DNA of 64,000 nt, from NCBI GenBank assembly GCA_963783575.1, contig CAWAOD010000018.1:1-64000 (forward strand). The letters run 5' to 3'. This document shows positions 40,566 through 50,828 of this stretch, one piece after another. The first letter of the stretch is position 1. The number at the start of each line of letters is the position of its first letter. Under the pieces are notes generated by a model that saw nothing but the letters and a program-made list of their open reading frames with translations, was not told where the DNA came from and did no database searches. This stretch comes from an uncultured Spirochaetota bacterium (lineage in GTDB: Bacteria; Spirochaetota; Brevinematia; Brevinematales; JAOACQ01). A program made the translations under genes and the position numbers.

Positions 40566-40879
40566 ATAATACCTTTACAAACATGCCCCATAATTTCGGC
40601 AGATGACCATGTGAAAAAGTATCTTATTTATCATTTCGAGTGAAGTCGAGAAATACAATTTATCATATAAAACAAATACATACACCGATGGAGTTCATAC
40701 CAAGATTGCCGAGGTGCCTGGGATGAATATAGAATTTTCACACAGCCGGCAGACACAATACAAAATGACCTTAGGACAGATAAAATGGAATTTCTTGGTA
40801 AAAGTTAAATTCTATATCAATATCTCAACAGTTTATTTTGCATTAAAACCATAATTTTATCAAGAAATAAGGACTCCAT

Positions 40880-40907
40880 AAAAAAAGGCGGCTATTAAAG
40901 CCGCCTT
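40880..40907 (-). terminator. Rho-independent terminator of hppA
   Basis: aaggcggc-N7-gccgcctt stem followed by T run on minus strand, 17 nt after the stop. Confidence 0.85.
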
Positions 40908-40924
40908 ATATTTCAAAAATTGAA

Positions 40925-43340
40925 TTAACCTTTCTTTGGTATCCTCATAGCATAGAATGATCTCCAGACGAATACCAGGGCAATCAGAAAGAACGCCGCA
41001 CCGACAAAGGGAGCAGCAGTGCGGAAGCTCTGGGAAATCGCGATTTCCATTGCGAGAAGTCCGAACAGGGTCGTAAACTTTATGATCGGATTCATCGCGA
41101 CTGAGGATGTATCCTTGAACGGATCACCGACAGTGTCGCCGATTACCGTCGCGTCATGCAGTGGAGTTCCCTTTTCCTTCAGATCTACTTCAACTATTTT
41201 CTTCGCGTTGTCCCAGGCGCCACCTGCGTTGGCCATAAATACCGCCTGGAAGAGGCCAAATACCGCGATTGCGATGAGGTAGCTGACGAAGAATGATGCC
41301 GGAGCGTTGTTATCACCCCTCGGCGAAGAGAAGAACGCAAATGCCAGGGCAAAGGAAAATACAGCTATAAAGATGTTGAACATGCCTTTCTGCGCGTACT
41401 GGGTACAAATTTTCACAACGTTTTTAGAAGCTACCATAGACGCCTTCTTTTCTGCATTGGCGTCGAGCTTTATGTTTTTCTTTATATATTCAACCGCGCT
41501 GTAAGCGCCGGTCGTAACGGCCTGCATGGAAGCGCCCGTGAACCAGTAGATCACCGCCCCCCCGCATATGAAGCCGAGAATGGTGTAGGGGTTCAAGATA
41601 TTCAAAATAGTAGCAGGATCGACACCCAGAGTTCCCTTGATCACAAGGATAAGTGAGAAGATCATCGTAGTAGCGCCGACTACGGCAGTTCCGATAAGCA
41701 CCGGTTTTGCCGTGGCCTTGAAAGTATTACCGGCTCCGTCGTTCATTTCCAGGAATTCCTTTGCCATCGTAAAATCAGGCTTAAAACCGAATTCCTTTTC
41801 AATTTCGCCGGCCGCATTTTTATTTTCCTCAATCAAAGAAAGCTCGTAAACTGATTGAGCGTTGTCGGTAACAGGGCCATAGCTGTCAACCGCAATGGTC
41901 ACAGGTCCCATACCTAGGAATCCGAATGCTACAAGTCCGAATGCGAAGATGGATGGAAATACCATGATCGCGCTTAAGCCGATAAGACTTGCAAAATAAG
42001 CGACTGCCATCAGGAAGACGATTACAAGCCCGATCCAGAAAGCTGAGAAGTTGCCGGCGACCAGGCCGGAAAGAATTGTAAGTGAAGCGCCGCCTTCCCT
42101 CGATGCAGTAACAACCTCTTTAACATGTTTGGAGCTGGGTGAAGTAAATATCTTGGTGAATTCGGGAATCAGCGCAGCGCCTATAGTGCCGCAGGAAATG
42201 ATGATGGAAAGAACCAGCCAGAGGCTGTTTGGAAGGATGGAAAGCTGCCAGTAGCTTACGCTGAATGTCATAATTATGGAAAGAATGGAAGTGATCCAGA
42301 TAAGGTTTGTCAGGGGTTTTTCATAATCGATCTTTTCCTTCTTTCCATATACGGATTTGCTTATTATGCTGTTTATCCAGTAGGCAGAACGGAAGTTACA
42401 ATCATAAGAACACGCATTACGAAAATCCAGGTCAGTAGCCTGATCTGATTCTCGCGCCGGAATTTACGCCCAGGAGAATAAAGCTTATCAAGGCCACGCC
42501 GGTAACACCGTATGTTTCAAAACCATCGGCGGTTGGGCCGACGCTGTCTCCAGCGTTGTCGCCGGTACAGTCCGCTATAACACCAGGATTCCTGGGATCG
42601 TCTTCCTTGATTTTAAATACTACTTTCATCAGGTCGGAACCGATATCGGCGATCTTTGTAAAAATACCGCCTGCCACGCGCAATGCTGAGGCGCCAAGCG
42701 ATTCGCCTATGGCAAAGCCTATGAAGCAGTAGCCCGCAAGATTTCCCGGAATAAATAAAAGGATTATCAGCATCATTATCAATTCAACAGATACCAAAAG
42801 AACGCCGATAGACATCCCGGACTGCAGGGGAATGTTCAAAAGTTTGAGCGGCTTCTTTTCCAGGGATGCAAATGCTGTTCTGGCGTTAGCCATTGTGTTC
42901 ATACGTATTCCGAACCAAGCGACGCCATATGAGCCCAAAATACCGAGGATAGAAAAGCCGAGTATGATTAGTACATTATTAAGAGGCATCGCACGGAGAA
43001 AACCAAAGTAAAAAGCGATACAAATTCCAATGAATATCTCGAGAATAATCAGAAACTTTCCCTGCTGAACTAAGTATGTCTTGCAGGTTTCAAATATAAG
43101 GTTACCTATATCGAGCATGGATTTGTGAACCTTGAGACCTTTTACCTGCAAAAATTCGAATAAACCGAAGAGAAGTCCCAAAACACAAATAACAAGGCCA
43201 ATAATTAATAAATTATAGCTCATCGGGTCAAACTTCGGAACAACCAAATCCGCTTCGCTGGCCATAAGAGGTGATGCAAAGATGAGAAACAGGGAAGCGA
43301 AAGACAGACTCTTCAATAAGATTTTGAATCTTTTATTCAT
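40925..43340 (-). CDS. hppA: Membrane-bound ion-translocating pyrophosphatase, divergent type, split by two 1-nt deletions (~42455, ~42384), probably sequencing errors
   Basis: GGIFTKIADIGSDL, EDDPRNPGVIADCTGDNAGD, DSYGPVTDNA, GNTFKA, NAGGAWDNAKK, GDTVGDPFKDT; bridging frames read QIRLLTWIFVMRVLMIVTSVL and YWINSIISK. Confidence 0.93.
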
Positions 43341-43458
43341 TATCTTCCTCCTAAATTAAATAAATTTTTTATAATTTAATAATTATCAGAATGTTATAAA
43401 CCCGGGTCACTTCATTAACAGCCTGAAGTACCGTATAATAAGAAAACAGAACCAAACT

Positions 43459-43487
43459 ATTCTATATGGTTTAAACATTTATGTCAA
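43459..43487 (-). promoter_or_regulatory. sigma70 promoter of hppA
   Basis: TTGACA-17 nt-TAGAAT on minus strand. Confidence 0.75.
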
Positions 43488-43678
43488 GGAAAGTCCCAAT
43501 CATTAGTGTTTCAGACGGATTTTGAAATTGTAACTTTGAAAGCCGGCGTTTCCTGCAATTTATTTTGATGTTTTGTGTAGCTAATATCAGAATATTTAAA
43601 GAATATTGACGGTAATGCAAATTTGCCATTTAGAAAAGATTTTTGTATAATAAAACCGTTACTTTTTTGGAGTACGGC

Positions 43679-45676
43679 ATGGCTGTTAAAAAATTCCGGG
43701 TATTTTTCAAGTATAACGCGCGGTATGAAACAAAAAGTGTTGATGTTGTCGGGGATTTCAACCAGTGGAAGCCCGGGGCTGCGAAACTTTCAGATACGGA
43801 CAATGACAATGTTTGGGACGGTTATATTGATCTTCCCGCTGGCGAATATGAATATAAATTTTTAATTGACGGCTGCGATTATAAGCTTGATCCCAATAGC
43901 AGTTCAATAGTTCCAAGAGACGGAATTGAAAATTCCGTTTTATCTGTCGGAATCAGCACTGTGATTAATGATGCGGTGCATTATCCTGATAATACTGACG
44001 CATTTCTGGAAAATACATTATTCCTGAAAGCTTCTATTAATAAAAATATATACTGTGATGCAAAACTCATACTGGTAATAAACGATTCGCCCAGGGCTAT
44101 CAGAGGTTATTCTCTATATTGGGATGATAATTATTTATATTATTTCTTTAAATTTCAAAACGATTTTTGTGTGGAAAATTGTCTTTATTATTTTGAAATC
44201 GAAAAAATCGACGGGGGGTTTAATTATTTCGGTTCGAATGGAATAGTGGACTCAGAATGGGAAGTTAACAGCTTTGAATTTAAAGAGTCAATTAATCAAC
44301 CGTTTACAACTCCCGATTGGGTCAATGATTCAATCTTTTACCAGATATTTCCCGATAGATTCAATCATGGGGATAAAACAATGAATCGTGAAAATGTACA
44401 GCCGCCGCATACAATACCCGGCTCAAAATCCTTTTACGGCGGCGACCTTGAAGGAGTCATACAAAAAATCGATTATTTGAAAGAGTTGGGAATTAACGCT
44501 ATTTATTTCAACCCTATTTTTGAAGCCCCATCACCTCACAAATATGATATATCAGATTATAATAAAATTGATCCTCATTTTGGAACTATCGAGACATTTG
44601 ATAAAATGGTCCATAGTTTAAAAAAAAATTCGATCAATTTCATCCTCGATGGAGTATTCAATCATACGGGAACTGGCTTTTTCGCTTTTAAAGACATCGA
44701 AAAAAACGGTTCCGATTCAAAATTTATAAATTGGTATTTTATTAAAAAATTCCCTTTATTTGAAGACGGAAAGCCGAATTATGAGTGCTGGTGGAATTTT
44801 AAAGATCTTCCGAAACTTAATACTTCAAATCCAGATGTTAAAAAATATCTGATGGATTGCGCTTTATTCTGGATTAAAAAGGGAGCCTCCGGCTGGAGGC
44901 TGGATGTTCCAAATGAGGTTGATCATCATTTCTGGAAAGACTTCAGAAAAACCTTAAAATCAATAGCCCCTGATTCTTATATCCTCGGAGAAATATGGCA
45001 GAACGCGAAACCCTGGCTTATGGGCGATGAGTTTGACGCCGTAATGAATTATAGATTCCGGGATGCCTGCATAAATTTCTTTGTATATAGGAGATGCACC
45101 GCTGAGGAATTTATTCAAATGATTGGAAAACAGATCAGTGATTATCCGATGCAGGCAAATTTTGCTTTATTAAATCTTCTTTCAAGCCATGACACAGCCC
45201 GGTTCTTTACGGTAGTTGAAAAAGATATTACAAAACTTAAACTTGCTTTGTCATTTCAATTTACTTATCTTGGAGTTCCTTCCATATATTATGGTGAGGA
45301 AATTGGTATGGAAGGAGGGAGGGACCCTGATAACCGGAGATTTATGATCTGGGACAAAAAAGAGTGGAATACCGAAGTCTTTAACCTTTATAAATCACTG
45401 ATAAAAATTCGTAATGATAATGAAATACTCAAAAAAGGCGATTTCAGATTTATTTATGCCCGTAATATGATAATCGGTTTTGAACGTTTCATTGAGGATA
45501 ATAAACTGGTAATTTTTATAAATAATTCCGATAAAAGCCTGCAAATAGATGTTACGCAGATCCTTGGAAACGGCGACTTTATCGATATATCAAAAAATCA
45601 CCCGCTTAAAAGGAAGAAAGCATATAGATTATATGCCAATGATTTCGTAATTCTAAAAAAAATAAAAAGCAGGTGA
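43679..45676 (+). CDS. GH13 cyclomaltodextrinase/neopullulanase with N-terminal CBM48/AMPK-type glycogen-binding domain
   Basis: VVGDFNQW...GEYEYKFLIDG; YQIFPDRF, GGDLEG, DGVFNH, GWRLDVPNE, GEIW, SSHDT. Confidence 0.93.
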   Translation: MAVKKFRVFFKYNARYETKSVDVVGDFNQWKPGAAKLSDTDNDNVWDGYIDLPAGEYEYKFLIDGCDYKLDPNSSSIVPRDGIENSVLSVGISTVINDAVHYPDNTDAFLENTLFLKASINKNIYCDAKLILVINDSPRAIRGYSLYWDDNYLYYFFKFQNDFCVENCLYYFEIEKIDGGFNYFGSNGIVDSEWEVNSFEFKESINQPFTTPDWVNDSIFYQIFPDRFNHGDKTMNRENVQPPHTIPGSKSFYGGDLEGVIQKIDYLKELGINAIYFNPIFEAPSPHKYDISDYNKIDPHFGTIETFDKMVHSLKKNSINFILDGVFNHTGTGFFAFKDIEKNGSDSKFINWYFIKKFPLFEDGKPNYECWWNFKDLPKLNTSNPDVKKYLMDCALFWIKKGASGWRLDVPNEVDHHFWKDFRKTLKSIAPDSYILGEIWQNAKPWLMGDEFDAVMNYRFRDACINFFVYRRCTAEEFIQMIGKQISDYPMQANFALLNLLSSHDTARFFTVVEKDITKLKLALSFQFTYLGVPSIYYGEEIGMEGGRDPDNRRFMIWDKKEWNTEVFNLYKSLIKIRNDNEILKKGDFRFIYARNMIIGFERFIEDNKLVIFINNSDKSLQIDVTQILGNGDFIDISKNHPLKRKKAYRLYANDFVILKKIKSR

Positions 45677-45793
45677 ATATATTGTTAAAATAAAAAAATA
45701 AATTTATACTCATTGCTTGCGGTTTCGAGTATCCCAGGCTATAATTAGGAAATATCATGCTTTTCGATTGAGAAAAAGAAAAAAGTAACATTT

Positions 45794-46582
45794 ATGACGA
45801 AGATAAAAAAAAATATTATTTTAAGTTTATTTTTGACATTCCTGCCATTATTGGCCTTTTCAAATATAAATATGGATCTTATTGATGCGGTCAAAAGCGG
45901 AGATTTGAAAAAAGTAGAGCTTTTAATTTCCGAAAGTGCGAATTACGCCGCCTGGGACGATTATGGAAGAAGGCCTATACATATAGCTTCCGAAAAAGGG
46001 TATTTGGATATTGTAAAATTTCTTATCGATAAAAAAGCCAGCCTGGAAGTCAGGGATAAAGACGGCTGGACACCACTCCATACTGCCGCATATAACGGGC
46101 AGATGGATGTTGTCAGGCTTTTAATCGATAATAAAGCTAATATCGAAGCAAGAGACAAAATCAATGAAACACCGCTATGTGTTGCCTGTTATAAAGGCAG
46201 ATTCGAAATAGTAAAATATCTTGCTGAAAAAGGAGCGTCAATTACTGTAATTGACCGTCAGGGGGATTCTCCGCTTCATCAGGCTGCATATAAAGGCTAT
46301 ACCAATATTATTGAATTTCTTCTTGATAAAGGAATGGAAATCAATTTAACCAATATTTACGGATGGACGCCCATTCACAGGGCGGCATATGGAGGACAGC
46401 TGGAAACAGTAAAATTCCTTGTTCAAAAGGGTGCTAATGCTGATCTGTTAACTGCCAAGACCTGGAAGCAATACCCGCAGGGTATAAATGCCTCAGAAAT
46501 ATCAAGAATAAATAATAAGATTGAAATATTTGAATATCTTCAAAAAATAACAAACGACAATATAATTCTATTAACTAATTGA
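45794..46582 (+). CDS. Secreted ankyrin-repeat protein
   Basis: Signal peptide; ~6 G.TPLH.AA..G..DIVK.L repeats. Confidence 0.92.
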   Translation: MTKIKKNIILSLFLTFLPLLAFSNINMDLIDAVKSGDLKKVELLISESANYAAWDDYGRRPIHIASEKGYLDIVKFLIDKKASLEVRDKDGWTPLHTAAYNGQMDVVRLLIDNKANIEARDKINETPLCVACYKGRFEIVKYLAEKGASITVIDRQGDSPLHQAAYKGYTNIIEFLLDKGMEINLTNIYGWTPIHRAAYGGQLETVKFLVQKGANADLLTAKTWKQYPQGINASEISRINNKIEIFEYLQKITNDNIILLTN

Positions 46583-46704
46583 TGATAAAAATAAGTATTA
46601 TGAGCCATTCGGCATTGCAGTCCAAACAAGGCGGTTCAGGGAAGGGATTTTACTTATCAAAATGAATACAGATTCAATCTTTTGTTAAAATGGGATAGGC
46701 TTTT

Positions 46705-47724
46705 ATGAACGGTAATAAATGTATTTATTGCACTAATATAAATCCGGTTTCGATTGAATACGCATTCCCTAAAAGCCTTGGATCATTCAAATTTTTCCCT
46801 CCCTTAATAGACAAAGTTTGTCCGACCTGCCTTTCCAAACTTTGCTGGTTCGATGAAAGATTTCAAAAAACCGGCAGTATTTCATATTTCAGGAATTATC
46901 TTGAAATAGAAAGCGGAAGAAAAATTGTTAAAAAGACCAGATCTAAAAATTATGAAAATATTGAATTTACAGCTTACAGGCCCGAAGGAGATTTTGAGGT
47001 TATATGGATTTTTAACAGGACAGAAAAGACCATAAAGATCATTCCACAGCTCATTATTATCGATAAAAACGGGGAAACACACCAGATCGCGATTAAAGAA
47101 AAATGGAGTGATGAAAACGAGATTTTAATTGCTATTAAAAACAGGGGACTGGATCTAAAAAACAATATCGCCGTTCATTATATTGGCTCTCAGGATCTGT
47201 TCGACAGATATGTTAACGGTAAAATTAAAATTGGACATTCAACTCATCAATCGTCCCGTCTTTTTGACCAAAATATAACAAATCATTTTGCCGCGAATTT
47301 TTATTCCAGAAATATCGCTAAGATTGGTTTTCATTATCTGCTGACTGTCCAAAGTTTATTAAGGGGAGATGAAAGCATGTTCAAACCTATCCGCAATTTT
47401 ATAATTAACGGCGGTCCTGTGAAGGAATTTTTAACGGAATCCTTTCTTCCAATTTTGAGTAATCATTCATCTAAAAATATCAATAAATTTCAGGGACATA
47501 TAATTATATTTGAAAAAATAGGACCCCATATTCAAGCGAAGCTTCAGCTTTTTACAGGTCCTGAATTTTTGCCCGTCACTTATAAAATTCAATTAGGAAC
47601 AGATAATTTACTCAAATATCCTGATTTCCAGACAGGACATTATTTCCTCTACTATCCCCGCGGCAGAAAAAAGCAATTTAACGGCGAAGCCTACCCATTC
47701 GGAAATTTGAATTTTAAAAATTGA
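46705..47724 (+). CDS. Hypothetical protein with a degenerate N-terminal HNH-like Zn finger
   Basis: CIYC...SIEYAFPKSLG...VCPTCL; later AKIGFHY motif. Confidence 0.6.
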   Translation: MNGNKCIYCTNINPVSIEYAFPKSLGSFKFFPPLIDKVCPTCLSKLCWFDERFQKTGSISYFRNYLEIESGRKIVKKTRSKNYENIEFTAYRPEGDFEVIWIFNRTEKTIKIIPQLIIIDKNGETHQIAIKEKWSDENEILIAIKNRGLDLKNNIAVHYIGSQDLFDRYVNGKIKIGHSTHQSSRLFDQNITNHFAANFYSRNIAKIGFHYLLTVQSLLRGDESMFKPIRNFIINGGPVKEFLTESFLPILSNHSSKNINKFQGHIIIFEKIGPHIQAKLQLFTGPEFLPVTYKIQLGTDNLLKYPDFQTGHYFLYYPRGRKKQFNGEAYPFGNLNFKN

Positions 47725-47778
47725 CGGATTAAAAATAAGCGGCAAAAAAAGCGATTTGCCTATTTAAAATTGTAAAAA

Positions 47779-47807
47779 TTGATAATCTCCACTGTTAGTT
47801 ATATAAT
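47779..47807 (+). promoter_or_regulatory. sigma70 promoter just upstream of the IS insertion site
   Basis: TTGATA-17 nt-TATAAT. Confidence 0.7.
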
Positions 47808-47847
47808 AGATTGATAAATATGTATCAAGCAGCCTGCCCTGAGCTGA

Positions 47848-49538
47848 CAGACTGTGTGAAAACACAGTAAATATGCTATAATTATTAGAACAAAAATAAT
47901 CGGAGTAAAAGATGAAGCATATTGAGGGAGAATCAAGGGATCAGATAGTTCTGTTCAATGAAACACTGGAAGATCTGTTAGGAGAAGAAGATCCGGTAAG
48001 GTTTATAGATATTTTTGTTGATAAGCTAAATATGAAAGGAGTTGGTTTTAAAGTAAAAGAAGCATCAACCGGCAGAAGTTCATATAAATCCGAAATACTT
48101 TTAAAAATCTATATTTACGGATATTTGAATAAAATCAGGACAAGCAGGAAATTAGAGAGAGAGTGCCGAAGAAACACAGAGTTGATGTGGCTGACTGGAC
48201 GACTAGCGCCGGATTTCAAGACGATTGCCGACTTCAGGAAAGACAATAAGAAGGGAATACAGTCGATATTCAGAGAATTTTTGAAGATATGTCATAAAGC
48301 CGGGCTTTTATCATTTGACGTTGTTGGAATTGATGGAACCAAGATCAGTGCGCAAAACCACAATAACAATGTTTATCATAGGAAAAACATAGAAGAAATC
48401 ATACATAGAATAGATCAAAAGATCGAAGAATATTTGAATGAGATGGATAAGAACGATAAGGAAGAAAAGAATGAATTTGAATTTCTTTCCGGAAAGATAG
48501 CGGAACGTTTAAAGAAAATGAAAACAAAAAAGGATAAAGTTGAGGCTATTAAAAAGATTTTTGAGGGAAATCCTGAAATGGAGAAATATTATTCAAATGA
48601 CCCGGAAAGCCGGTTTATGAATGATAAAGGGAAATCCGACATTGCATATAATCTGCAGATGGCAGTAGATGATGCGAATAAACTGATTGTGGTGATTGAT
48701 GTGACAAATGAAAACAATGATATCAAACAGATGGCAGGAATGTGTGACCGAGTAGAAGAAATAAAGGACGAGCTTAAGGTAGAGACTGAAACGGTCAAAG
48801 TATCGGATGCCGGTTATTACAGCGAACCGCAGATACTGGAATGTATAGATAAGGGACATAACGTATATATGCCGAATCCGGATGACGAACATAAGGCAAG
48901 GATTCGAGGCAAAGAAGATAATAAAGGAGTACCTGCTGAAGAATACCAGGTTGATAAATTCAAATATGATCCGGGACAAGATGTTTATTATTGTCCGGAG
49001 GGAAACCCATTAGTGAGAAATGGGAAAAAAGTAGAGAAGGTCAATGGAGGAAAAGAGATAGTCAGGTACAAGTGCGGCTTATGCAGCCAATGTGAAGTAA
49101 GAAATAAGTGTACTGAAAGCGTGGAAGGACGAAGTATCAAAGTACCAGTTAGAAAAGAAGAAATTGAGAACTTCAAGAGGAAAATTCGTTCTGAAGCCGG
49201 GAAAAAGATCATAGAGAAAAGGAAAGAGATATGTGAACATCCATTTGGATCGATAAAAAGGAATATGGGTTACAGTTATTTTTTAATGAAGGGAAAGGAT
49301 GGCGTTCTGACGGAATCCAGTTTGGCAGGATTCATTCATAATTTAATAAAAGTATTGAATATATTGGGAATAAAGAGACTTATGACTCTGGTTTGATGCT
49401 AATAAACCATCGTTTATCGTATTCGGATAGATTTTTTAAACTAAGATTTTTTTAGCTTGAAAAATATATCAAAAAATGGAGTTTTTGTATAATTAATCGA
49501 TTTTACTATAAAATTTTACTGAGTTTTCACACAGTCTG
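47848..49538 (+). mobile_element. Complete IS1182-family insertion sequence
   Basis: Terminal IRs CAGACTGTGTGAAAAC(A/T)CAGTAAA (24 bp, 1 mismatch) at 47848-47871 and 49515-49538; possible 3-bp TGA direct repeat (47845-47847, 49539-49541). Confidence 0.9.
47912..49396 (+). CDS. IS1182 family DDE transposase
   Basis: SRKLERECRRN, PDFKTIADFRKDN, IDGTKI, YNLQMAVD, SDAGYYS, CEHPFGSIK. Confidence 0.96.
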   Translation: MKHIEGESRDQIVLFNETLEDLLGEEDPVRFIDIFVDKLNMKGVGFKVKEASTGRSSYKSEILLKIYIYGYLNKIRTSRKLERECRRNTELMWLTGRLAPDFKTIADFRKDNKKGIQSIFREFLKICHKAGLLSFDVVGIDGTKISAQNHNNNVYHRKNIEEIIHRIDQKIEEYLNEMDKNDKEEKNEFEFLSGKIAERLKKMKTKKDKVEAIKKIFEGNPEMEKYYSNDPESRFMNDKGKSDIAYNLQMAVDDANKLIVVIDVTNENNDIKQMAGMCDRVEEIKDELKVETETVKVSDAGYYSEPQILECIDKGHNVYMPNPDDEHKARIRGKEDNKGVPAEEYQVDKFKYDPGQDVYYCPEGNPLVRNGKKVEKVNGGKEIVRYKCGLCSQCEVRNKCTESVEGRSIKVPVRKEEIENFKRKIRSEAGKKIIEKRKEICEHPFGSIKRNMGYSYFLMKGKDGVLTESSLAGFIHNLIKVLNILGIKRLMTLV

Positions 49539-49595
49539 TGAGTTTATGGTGTGCCTGTTGAATTAAAGGGTCACGCTTATAAAAGGGGTCTGATT

Positions 49596-50828
49596 TTGTT
49601 TAGAAAAAAGAAATATGCACTTGTACTTGCTGGAGGAGGCGCTAAAGGAGCTTACCAGATTGGCGCTTGGAAAGCCTTCAGGGAATTAAATATCGAATTT
49701 GAAGCCATTGTCGGAAGTTCAGTTGGGGCATTAAACGGAGCGCTTATAGCCCAGAATGATTATAAAATTGCATTGGATTTATGGGAAAATATCAGCCTTG
49801 AAAAAATTATTAAAATTCCCAATGGATTATTCCAGGACGGTAAATTTCATATAAACAGGATGAATATTTCATACCTTAAGCAGTTACGTGATGAATTCTT
49901 TAAATTCGGCGGACTGGACACTTCCCCCTTAAAAAATATTATAAATGCGTCTCTTAATGAAAATAAAATCAGAAAATCGGGGATGGATTTCGGTATTTTG
50001 ACTTATGAGCTTAGCGATTTGAAGTCTAAAGAGCTTTTTCTTGAAGATATCCCCCAAGGGTTGATAAACGACTATCTTTTAGCAAGCTCGACATTGCCGG
50101 GATTCAAAGCAACAATTATTAAGGGCAAGCAGTTTTTAGACGGCGGGTTGGCTGACAATATTCCTTTTGCTGCGATTAAAGAGCGTGGTTATAAAAAGAT
50201 TATCGTGGTCGATGTTTCCGGCCTGGGAATTAACAGGAGGCCGGACATGGCCGGGACAGAAACGATCTATATTAAAAACTCTATCGATATGGGCACAATA
50301 GTAGATTTCTCAAGAAAATTCATTAATGATTACATTCAGCTTGGTTATCTTGATACAATGAAAGTTTTTGAAAAAATTTACGGGATTTATTATTTTTATA
50401 ATTTTGACAAAAAGACTATCGGAAGACTTCAAAACTTCCTATACAGGGATACTGTTATTAATGAATATTCCAGATATCTCACTAAAAATCATCCTGAGAC
50501 CAAAGAAGATATAAATACCAGAATCAAAGAAATCCTGCCTGAAGAAATTCAAAATTTTTATTATAACGTAATCAGTCTGGCAGAATGTGCAGCGCTTGAA
50601 TTAAAACTTGAAAGAAACCGTTTATATAATTTTGAAGAAATCTTGTTAGAGATATGGAAGCAATTTTTACCTGAGAAAAAGAGAATCTTTGACATTCAAA
50701 TAAACAAAAATGGTATAATCGGTTTTTTTGATCGACTATCTGGAAAGGCAGATTACAATCTAATCCCATCAAGGGTTTTTTATTATATACTGAAGTATTA
50801 TTACGAGAATAAAAGGCATAATTTGTGA
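49596..50828 (+). CDS. Patatin-like phospholipase
   Basis: LAGGGAKGAYQIG, GSSVGALNG (GxSxG), LDGG; TTG start after GGGG SD. Confidence 0.93.
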   Translation: MFRKKKYALVLAGGGAKGAYQIGAWKAFRELNIEFEAIVGSSVGALNGALIAQNDYKIALDLWENISLEKIIKIPNGLFQDGKFHINRMNISYLKQLRDEFFKFGGLDTSPLKNIINASLNENKIRKSGMDFGILTYELSDLKSKELFLEDIPQGLINDYLLASSTLPGFKATIIKGKQFLDGGLADNIPFAAIKERGYKKIIVVDVSGLGINRRPDMAGTETIYIKNSIDMGTIVDFSRKFINDYIQLGYLDTMKVFEKIYGIYYFYNFDKKTIGRLQNFLYRDTVINEYSRYLTKNHPETKEDINTRIKEILPEEIQNFYYNVISLAECAALELKLERNRLYNFEEILLEIWKQFLPEKKRIFDIQINKNGIIGFFDRLSGKADYNLIPSRVFYYILKYYYENKRHNL

